A stretch of DNA of 64,000 bases. It comes from Bacilli bacterium (GTDB lineage: Bacteria > Bacillota_I > Bacilli_A > RF39 > UBA660). The stretch covers positions 134,793-198,792 of the forward strand of contig JAFSEX010000005.1 of the NCBI GenBank assembly GCA_017435465.1, read 5' to 3'. The notes under the pieces are model-generated. The model was not told where the DNA came from, did not search any database, and was given only the letters and a program-made list of their open reading frames with translations. Both the position numbers and the translations under genes were made by a program. Shown piece by piece: positions 57,295 through 64,000 of this stretch (position 1 is the stretch's first letter; the number at the start of each line of letters is the position of its first letter).

Positions 57295-57942
57295 ATGAAA
57301 TTTCTACCAATAATATTAAGAACAATGTTTTTCTATTTTGTAGTTTTAACTTTATATAGAATAATGGGTAAACGAGAAGTTGGAAAACTTGGAATAATCG
57401 ATCTAATTGTATCTATTTTAATTGCCGAATTAGTTGCAATAAGTATAGAAAATTATGATCAAAGTTTATGGATGTCACTACTTCCAATCATAGTTTTATG
57501 CATTCTACAAGTTGGTTTAGCATTTCTTTCTTTAAACGTACCAAAAGCTCGTGATTTTTTAGATGGAAAACCATCAGTAATAATCAAAAATGGAAATATA
57601 AATTTTAAAGAAATGTCAAAACAAAAATATAATCTTAATGATTTATTAATGCAACTTAGAATAAATGGAATTAGAAATTTAGAGGAAGTTGAATATGCTG
57701 TATTAGAAAATAGTGGACAATTGTCAATATTCAAAAAAAATCCTTTAGATATTCCAACTAGTTATCCATTTGCGGTAATCATTGATGGTAAAATACAAGA
57801 TGATGTATTAAAGGGATTAAAGAAAAATAGAACATGGATTTTAAATATTTTAAAAAAACAAAATATTGAATTAGAAAATGTATTTTATGCATTTTATAAA
57901 GGATATAAAACCTTTATTATTAGAAAAAGTGATTTAAATTAA
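57295..57942 (+). CDS. DUF421 (YetF/YdfS-like) membrane protein
   Basis: ..RIMGKREVGKLGIIDLIVSILIAELVA.. N-terminal pattern plus a C-terminal soluble domain. Confidence 0.7.
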   Translation: MKFLPIILRTMFFYFVVLTLYRIMGKREVGKLGIIDLIVSILIAELVAISIENYDQSLWMSLLPIIVLCILQVGLAFLSLNVPKARDFLDGKPSVIIKNGNINFKEMSKQKYNLNDLLMQLRINGIRNLEEVEYAVLENSGQLSIFKKNPLDIPTSYPFAVIIDGKIQDDVLKGLKKNRTWILNILKKQNIELENVFYAFYKGYKTFIIRKSDLN

Positions 57943-58956
57943 TTCAAAATTTTTCTTTTCTTCTTCAATAGTGTCAATTAATTCTTTTTCACTAGGTAAA
58001 TGAAGTTTATATTCTGATGCAAAAATATTTTCGTTATTCTCGGGCAAAGTATACTTTACAACAGTTTTATTATTATTTGTACATAATAAAATTCCAATTG
58101 TAGAATTTTCGTCATTACTTTTTATTTCTCTATTATAATAATTAACATACATTTGCATTTGTCCAATATCTTGATGTGTTATTTTACCAATTTTTAAATC
58201 AATTATAACGAAACATTTTAAGATTCTATTGTAAAATACTAAATCAGGATAAAAATGATCTTCTTCTAATGTAATTCTTACTTGTGAACCAACAAACATA
58301 AATCCTTTTCCAAGTTCTAATAAAAATTCTTTTAAATGTTTCAATATATTTTTTTCTAAATCTGATTCTAAGTAATCGGTATTTTCTTTTATATCTAAAA
58401 ACTCAAGTACAAATGGATCTTTTATTAAATCTTTTCCTTGATTTATAACTTGTCCTTTTTTAGATAACTCTAATACTTTATTTTTATTTGATGAAAATAT
58501 TAGTCTTTCATATAATAATGAACTAATTTGTCTTTGAAGTTCTCGAACACTCCATTTAGTATTAATAGTTTCTTTCAAATAGAAATTCCTTTTATTATTA
58601 TTATTAATTTTTAATAACTCTAAATAATGTGACCAACTTAATTCGTTCAACACTGTTGAACGAATTGGAAATAAAGAATAAAATTTTCTCATCCTTCTTA
58701 AATTTATAATCGAAAATCCTTTTCCAAATTCTTCAGTTAATTTTATAGATAATTTTTTTAGAACTAAATCCCCATAATTAGCTCTTTTATTACCTTTTTG
58801 AATTTCAATTATAATTTTACCAATATGCCAATATAAATTTAACATTTCAGTATTAATGGTAGTATAAATCTTATTTTTACTATTAATGACTAATCCTTTA
58901 ATTTCTTCAAATATATTATTAAATTTTTCTTCATTTTCTAATAAATTATTATTCAT
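57934..58956 (-). CDS. YhcG/DUF1016 PDDEXK-type nuclease
   Basis: ..LNLYWHIGKII......ANYG..VLKKLS..L...FGKGFS..NL..M..FY.. N-domain and C-terminal D..(I)DLK PDDEXK-like core. ATG 58956 (RBS ggtga) is preferred over 58995. Its 3' end overlaps the convergent DUF421 gene by 9 nt. Confidence 0.7.
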   Translation of the reverse strand: MNNNLLENEEKFNNIFEEIKGLVINSKNKIYTTINTEMLNLYWHIGKIIIEIQKGNKRANYGDLVLKKLSIKLTEEFGKGFSIINLRRMRKFYSLFPIRSTVLNELSWSHYLELLKINNNNKRNFYLKETINTKWSVRELQRQISSLLYERLIFSSNKNKVLELSKKGQVINQGKDLIKDPFVLEFLDIKENTDYLESDLEKNILKHLKEFLLELGKGFMFVGSQVRITLEEDHFYPDLVFYNRILKCFVIIDLKIGKITHQDIGQMQMYVNYYNREIKSNDENSTIGILLCTNNNKTVVKYTLPENNENIFASEYKLHLPSEKELIDTIEEEKKNFELI

Positions 58957-59103
58957 ATATAAAATCACCAGTTTTAATACTAGCATAATTTTCATTATTA
59001 TAAAAATTGATGTTTTTTCTTATTTGAATACAATAATTATTAAAAATATAAAATCAGATTAAAAAATATTATAAATTTTAATCTGATTTTTTTGTTAATT
59101 AAT

Positions 59104-60234
59104 TTAATTTGTATATCTTAAATTTTCATTAGAAACACTAAATACAATTCCTGCCATAATCATATAAGAAAGTAGGGATGAACCTCCATAACTAATAAAG
59201 GGAAGAGTAATACCTGTAATTGGAAGTAATCCAATAGTCATACCTATATTTTGAATTTGTTGATAAAGTAACATACCCACAACACCTGCAATTGCATACT
59301 TATTAATATTATTAACACTTTTAACACCTAAGTTAATTATTTTAACATCTAAAAATACTAATAATGCAACAAGCAAGATAGAACCAATTAAACCATAGTT
59401 ACTAGCAAATACAGCAAAGATAAAATCTGTATGTGGTTCTGGAAAATATACTGGAGTATTATTAAATCCTTTACCAAATAATCCACCAGATCCAATTGCC
59501 ATCAAAGCATTTTCTAACTGCATTCCACTACCACTTTGCCAATCTAAAATTCTATCGATTCGATAAAAGAAATCTATTCCGAATATCTTAATAAATAAAT
59601 CTTGACTTAAAAAATATGTACCAACAACTGCACCAATTAAAATAAATAAAAATCCAAAGGCAAATATAAACCATCTATATCTTATACCACTAACAAATAA
59701 CATACATAAAGTAATTAATAAATATATTAATACAACACCTGTATCTGGTTGTAAAAATGTTAAAATAGATGGTATACCTACAATTAATAAAATTTTAAGT
59801 AAAAATTTAAATTCTTCTTCTATTGTTGGATTATCATGTTCATCATTAAAATCATTTATTGTTCTAGCAAGTGTCAATATCAAAATTATTTTCATAAATT
59901 CACTAGGTTGAATAGTACCAATTCCAGGTATTGAAAACCAACATTTTGAATTATTTATGGGATCTGCAAAGAGTAGTAACCCAATTAAAGCAATTACACC
60001 AATCCAATATAATATATATACATTTTTGTACAAAAAATCATTTCCAATATACATTATTAAATAGGCAAGTACAAATCCTACAAAAAACCATAAACCTTGT
60101 TTAATAAATAATGAGCCATGACTACTATCTAAAAGACTTTGTGCACTAAAAATAGTAGTTATACTAATTATTGCTAAAATAATTAAAGGGATTAAAACTG
60201 ATTTTTCAACTTTATATCTTGATACGTTTTTCAT
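59104..60234 (-). CDS. rodA: SEDS-family peptidoglycan polymerase (RodA/FtsW)
   Basis: Ten-TM protein with QPSEFMK, HTDFIFA and LPFISYGGSS motifs. ATG 60234 follows aggtg. Confidence 0.85.
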   Translation of the reverse strand: MKNVSRYKVEKSVLIPLIILAIISITTIFSAQSLLDSSHGSLFIKQGLWFFVGFVLAYLIMYIGNDFLYKNVYILYWIGVIALIGLLLFADPINNSKCWFSIPGIGTIQPSEFMKIILILTLARTINDFNDEHDNPTIEEEFKFLLKILLIVGIPSILTFLQPDTGVVLIYLLITLCMLFVSGIRYRWFIFAFGFLFILIGAVVGTYFLSQDLFIKIFGIDFFYRIDRILDWQSGSGMQLENALMAIGSGGLFGKGFNNTPVYFPEPHTDFIFAVFASNYGLIGSILLVALLVFLDVKIINLGVKSVNNINKYAIAGVVGMLLYQQIQNIGMTIGLLPITGITLPFISYGGSSLLSYMIMAGIVFSVSNENLRYTN

Positions 60235-60328
60235 TAAAATCACCTATTAATATAATATACCAAAATACCCAATTTTACAATGAAAGTTTTGTAAAGTTTT
60301 ATCATATTATTAATTAGGAGTTGATAAT

Positions 60329-60682
60329 ATGGAAGAAAAGTTACCTAAAGTTTTTGCAAATAAAATAGAAAATGTCCAAAATAATAAAAAATATTATTAT
60401 TCTGAAAGAGATAATGATAGAAGTCAAATAACAAATAATAATATAGATAAAAAAATAATAAATAAATATAATCTTAATAAAACTGTACAATCTGCAGATA
60501 TAAATAAAATAATAATAGATTTATTTAAATCGCCAACAAATGTATATAAAGTAAAAGCAAGTATTAAAATAAATGGAAAAACAATTACTAAATATTTAAT
60601 TGGAAGAACTAATACAACTTTAATTACTTTAGATGACGAAGTAATTAATATTGCGGATATAGAAGATATAAATATGATTTAA
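60329..60682 (+). CDS. hypothetical protein
   Basis: 117 aa. RBS taggag. Confidence 0.45.
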   Translation: MEEKLPKVFANKIENVQNNKKYYYSERDNDRSQITNNNIDKKIINKYNLNKTVQSADINKIIIDLFKSPTNVYKVKASIKINGKTITKYLIGRTNTTLITLDDEVINIADIEDINMI

Positions 60683-60683
60683 A

Positions 60684-60708
60684 AAAAGGCCTTTTATGGC
60701 CTTTTTTT
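60684..60708. terminator. Bidirectional terminator
   Basis: aaaaggcc-ttttat-ggcctttt with an A-run upstream and a T-run downstream, between convergent genes. Confidence 0.65.
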
Positions 60709-61150
60709 ATAAGCAATCAACAAATGTATCATTTAAACATTTAATAGCGCATACACAACCCAAATCAATTGTAAAGAATGAATCAGTCGCAATATATTCA
60801 CTATTACATGTTGTAGCATTTGGATTTAGTGCTAAAACACGGAATGTAGCACAGCAATCTTCAAGTTTTTCAATTCTAAATACACATGAACAAGTATTTG
60901 GTTCTCTATTGCAATCCATAACTTCTTTAGTTGTTGGCATACACCATGGTGTACCGTTACCACAGCAAGTATATAAAGTTACTGGTCTAGTATTGCAATT
61001 AACAGGAGTACCACAACCTAACATAGGTTTATCACAAGTATCTAAACAAGTATCAGGTCCACATGCATTTTGTTGTAAAATTAAAATAACTTTTAAGATT
61101 TCATGGATACATCCACAATTTTCGTTTTTTCCACACATTTTATATTCCAC
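60707..61150 (-). CDS. CotY/CotZ/ExsY-family cysteine-rich spore coat protein (second paralog)
   Basis: FRIEKLEDCCATFRVLALNPN..SFFTIDLGCVCAIKCLNDTFVDCL. Paralog of 1987-2463. Confidence 0.7.
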   Translation of the reverse strand: MEYKMCGKNENCGCIHEILKVILILQQNACGPDTCLDTCDKPMLGCGTPVNCNTRPVTLYTCCGNGTPWCMPTTKEVMDCNREPNTCSCVFRIEKLEDCCATFRVLALNPNATTCNSEYIATDSFFTIDLGCVCAIKCLNDTFVDCL

Positions 61151-61278
61151 CCCTTTTTCAATATTAACTTATGATAAAAATTTAAAAAGGTATAATGATA
61201 TTACCTAAATTAGAAGATTTTATTATTTTATTCAAATAAGATTATATTTATTGTATAATTGTTATTGATAATAAGGAG

Positions 61279-61965
61279 TTGTTTTTTGTGCCAAGTTGGA
61301 ATATTCATTTAGCGATCGCAAAAGAAATAAATAAAAAATTAAAACTAGATAAAAATTCTTTTTATTTTGGAAATCTTGTTCCAGATGTTGATTATGATAT
61401 GTATATCAAAAGAAAAGATATACATTATTATAATGTTAAATGTTCTAGTTGCCCTAAAGAAATTTTGCCTGATCTAAATTTGTTTTTAAAAGATTATAAA
61501 AAACATTTATCTAATCCAATAATCATGGGAATGTATATACATTTATTAACAGATTATTATTATAATAATGAAATTTTTTCAAAATATTGGGTGCAAGATA
61601 TTAATAATAATATTCTTGGAGCAAAACTTTTAAATGGAAAAATAACAAATGATAAAAAGAAATATAAACACTATGATTTAGAATTATATGGAAAATATTT
61701 ATTTAATAATAAAAAAATAGAAATGCCTAAAATGAATAAAAATTTATTAAATAATATGAAAGATGTTAAGAATAATTGTTATAGTAAAGAAAGTATTGAA
61801 AAAAGAATTAAATATTTAAATAAAGATTATATTAATAAAAATAAATATAAATTATTTGAAAAATTATTTGGTTTAAAGTATAAAATGATTTCAAAACAAG
61901 AATTAGATATAATGTATAAAAATTGTATAGAATATATATTAATAAATATTAAAAATTGTTATTAA
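61279..61965 (+). CDS. hypothetical protein (possible metal-dependent hydrolase)
   Basis: TTG start 5 nt after aaggag. W..H..IA.......FGNLVPDVD...H.LTD hints at a zinc-phospholipase-C/YdjM-like fold, but the support is weak. Confidence 0.35.
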   Translation: MFFVPSWNIHLAIAKEINKKLKLDKNSFYFGNLVPDVDYDMYIKRKDIHYYNVKCSSCPKEILPDLNLFLKDYKKHLSNPIIMGMYIHLLTDYYYNNEIFSKYWVQDINNNILGAKLLNGKITNDKKKYKHYDLELYGKYLFNNKKIEMPKMNKNLLNNMKDVKNNCYSKESIEKRIKYLNKDYINKNKYKLFEKLFGLKYKMISKQELDIMYKNCIEYILINIKNCY

Positions 61966-62018
61966 CAAAATATTTTGTATTTTTGAAATTTTATAGTATA
62001 ATATAATAGGTGATGGAA

Positions 62019-62345
62019 ATGGCATATCAATATATAATAATTGTAGTTGTCTTATTTATTGTCGCACTAGCGATAGTTAGACTAAATAAAAAAGACGTAA
62101 GAATCGAAATGAATAAACTTGTAAGCTTCCTTGGCGGAAAAGATAATATTATAAATGTTGAAGTAAACAAAAGTAGATGTAAAGTGGATCTAAAAGATAT
62201 TTCTTTAGTTAATAAAGAAGCAATTCAAAAATTAGGAGCTAAAGGAATCGTTGAAATTGATAATCAACTAAAAATAATATTAGGTAGTGAAGCAAGAACA
62301 TTAAAAAAATATATTGATGATTATATTTTAGATAATAAGAAGTAA
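62019..62345 (+). CDS. membrane-anchored PTS EIIB-like domain protein
   Basis: N-terminal TM then LVSFLGGKDNIINVE....RCKVDLKD...VNKEAIQKLGAKGIV resembles a glucose-type EIIB domain with a degenerate Cys loop. Confidence 0.45.
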   Translation: MAYQYIIIVVVLFIVALAIVRLNKKDVRIEMNKLVSFLGGKDNIINVEVNKSRCKVDLKDISLVNKEAIQKLGAKGIVEIDNQLKIILGSEARTLKKYIDDYILDNKK

Positions 62346-62434
62346 TAATTTTTAACTTCTTATTTTTTTAGACATTTTTCGACAAAATTAGATTAAATGA
62401 TACTATATAATACAAAATAGAAAAGAGGAATAGA

Positions 62435-63634
62435 ATGAATATCGCAAATAATATCATAGTTAGTATAATTTATATAATATTTCCAATATTATGTTATTTA
62501 TTTTATGTTTCATATAATGAAATGTTTTCTAAAAAAACTAATAATTTATTTTTAGAAATCGCACTATTCACATCTACATATTTATGTATAAAAGTTGGAA
62601 ATGGTACATTAATGCTTTTTAATATACCATTATTAATTTCTTATTTAAAAAATCGAAAAACTTGTAGTTTAATAATTTCAGGTATTATAATTTATCATTA
62701 TATATTGTTAGAATATAATCCAATATTTATAACGTTATCTTATTTATTAATCTATATAATTTTCTTAGTTTTATATAAAAATAAATTGGTTAAAAAACAT
62801 TTTACATATCTATTTATTACTTTAAATATGTTTTTCTATTTACTATATAATATAAATAATTTATATATGACATCAATTAATATTTTTTCATTTGCTATAA
62901 TAAGTATAATAATTTTATTTGTATTAAAAAAAGCAGAAAGTATAGTATCGATACACATGTCAGTTAAACAATTAGAAAATAGTAAAGAAATAAGAAATTC
63001 ATTATTTAAAATTACACATGAAATTAAAAATCCTATTGCGGTATGTAAAGGATATTTAGATATGTTTGATAAGAATAATCCTAAGCATGTAGAAAAATTT
63101 ATACCAATTATTCAAAGTGAAATAAATCGAACTCTAACTATTATGAATGATTTTATGGAATTTTCAAAAGTAAAATTGGATTTAGATATAATGGATATTG
63201 AAATGTTGCTAGAAGAAGTTTTAATAAGTCTTGATAATTTAATTAATTCTAAACATATAAATTTAAATTATGAAATAATAGGCGATGAAATATTTATAAA
63301 TGGAGATTATAATAGATTAAAACAAGTATTTGTAAATCTACTTAAAAATAGTGTAGAAGCATTAGAAAATATTAATAATGGGAAAATAGATGTAAATTAT
63401 ATAGTTGAAAATAATAATATTATTATAAATATTAAAGATAATGGAATAGGTATGGATTCTGAAACATTAAGTAAAATATATGAAGCATTCTATACTACAA
63501 AAAATTTAGGAACTGGTCTTGGTGTTAGTTTATCTAAGGAAATAATTGAAGGACATCATGGTAATATAGAGTATATTTCAGAAGTAAATAATGGAACAAA
63601 TGTTAAAGTTACTTTGCCATTAGTTGATTTTTAG
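62435..63634 (+). CDS. orphan sensor histidine kinase
   Basis: About six N-terminal TM helices, H-box FKITHEIKNPIAV, N/G boxes (LLKNSVEA; DNGIGM; GTGLGVSL). No adjacent response regulator. Confidence 0.8.
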   Translation: MNIANNIIVSIIYIIFPILCYLFYVSYNEMFSKKTNNLFLEIALFTSTYLCIKVGNGTLMLFNIPLLISYLKNRKTCSLIISGIIIYHYILLEYNPIFITLSYLLIYIIFLVLYKNKLVKKHFTYLFITLNMFFYLLYNINNLYMTSINIFSFAIISIIILFVLKKAESIVSIHMSVKQLENSKEIRNSLFKITHEIKNPIAVCKGYLDMFDKNNPKHVEKFIPIIQSEINRTLTIMNDFMEFSKVKLDLDIMDIEMLLEEVLISLDNLINSKHINLNYEIIGDEIFINGDYNRLKQVFVNLLKNSVEALENINNGKIDVNYIVENNNIIINIKDNGIGMDSETLSKIYEAFYTTKNLGTGLGVSLSKEIIEGHHGNIEYISEVNNGTNVKVTLPLVDF

Positions 63635-63767
63635 AAAAAAAGCCTTATTTTTATTAAAAATATTAATAAAATTATTGATTTAAATATTAAAACATGATAT
63701 GTTATAAATGTAAGCATAGAAGAGCGCTTATTATTTAATTTATGACAAAATTTAGGAGGTAGAAAAC

Positions 63768-64000
63768 ATGTCAAAACAAGAATTAGTTGAATTAATCGCT
63801 GAAAAAGCTGGTTTAAGTAAAGCTGATGCAACTCGTGCATTAGACGCTACTATGGAATCAATTAAAGAAGGATTAAAAAAAGAAGGAAAAGTTGCTTTAG
63901 TAGGATTCGGAACTTTCGAAGCTAAAAAAAGAGAAGCTAGAGAAGGAAGAAATCCATTAACTGGAGAAAAAGTACAAATTGCTGCAAAAGTTGTACCATC
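63768..64000 (+). CDS. hup: DNA-binding protein HU (3' end beyond the window)
   Basis: MSKQELVELIAEKAGLSKADATRALDA..GFGTFE...REAREGRNPLTGE. RBS taggagg. Confidence 0.9.
   Translation, partial: MSKQELVELIAEKAGLSKADATRALDATMESIKEGLKKEGKVALVGFGTFEAKKREAREGRNPLTGEKVQIAAKVVP

Noticed and set aside
57934-57942. 9-nt overlap of the convergent DUF421 and YhcG genes
   Set aside because: It is a short 3'-3' overlap of two well-supported ORFs, which is unremarkable in a compact AT-rich genome.
60696-61208. 170-aa plus-strand ORF in the track
   Set aside because: It is exactly antisense to the CotY/CotZ-like gene (60707-61150, minus strand), which has clear family motifs and an RBS. The plus-strand ORF starts inside the bidirectional terminator and has no RBS.
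1-64000. Scan for CRISPR arrays, tRNA/rRNA genes and riboswitch/T-box leaders
   Set aside because: I saw no regularly spaced direct repeats, cloverleaf-like GC-rich islands, rRNA-like segments or recognisable riboswitch cores by eye. A covariance-model scan (tRNAscan-SE, Infernal/Rfam) would be needed to exclude them formally.

Overview
This is a very AT-rich segment of a low-GC Bacillota chromosome with the standard genetic code. All homology calls come from motifs I recognise in the supplied translations; no searches were run and no composition statistics were computed.

The backbone is ordinary housekeeping:
- rpoZ, recX, yvcK-whiA, clpB
- comN-like gene plus secDF, rel-dtd, tdk, ppdK, tkt
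- murG-murB-divIB-ftsA-ftsZ, a SEDS rodA/ftsW gene, and hup

Two CotY/CotZ-like cysteine-rich coat genes, WhiA, a SpoVB/MurJ-like flippase, a DUF421/YetF-like protein and an orphan histidine kinase suggest a spore-former with Bacilli/Erysipelotrichales-like gene order.

Four accessory regions stand out.

1. **10.9-20.8 kb, the best candidate for an undescribed system.** A 29-codon sORF has its own consensus promoter, a Shine-Dalgarno and a downstream hairpin. Six tightly coupled genes follow it:
   - a PEP-utilising ATP-grasp/swivel-His enzyme
   - a ThiF/MccB/PaaA-like E1 enzyme
   - a fold-type-III PLP decarboxylase
   - a CGS/CBL-like PLP enzyme
   - a signal-less family-5 SBP-like protein
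   - an ABC-F ATPase

   An M3B oligoendopeptidase gene sits upstream. Inward-facing imperfect inverted repeats bracket the locus. It looks like a peptide-derived (RiPP or scaffold-peptide) pathway that fits no class I can name.

2. **39.26-45.98 kb, a 6.7-kb integrated element in the 3' end of ppdK.** It has a shared CACAAGC core, the displaced native ppdK tail and terminator survive at 45975-46045, and the recombinase is a large serine recombinase. Its cargo is an XRE regulator, a divergent SAMHD1/YwfO-like HD protein and a 961-aa KAP/YobI-type P-loop NTPase with transmembrane helices inserted between Walker A and Walker B. This is a candidate defence cassette.

3. **33.25-34.8 kb, nested mobile-element debris.** A group II intron remnant starts right after a terminator. 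Its reverse-transcriptase ORF is largely replaced by ISL3-like and IS3-like transposase fragments. A DUF1016 pseudogene fragment lies beside it.

4. **47.2-49.6 kb.** Tandem ORF6N-domain paralogs carry compensated 21-nt palindromes at the point where their homology breaks. An HD plus unknown two-gene unit follows.

I saw no tRNA genes, rRNA genes or CRISPR arrays.
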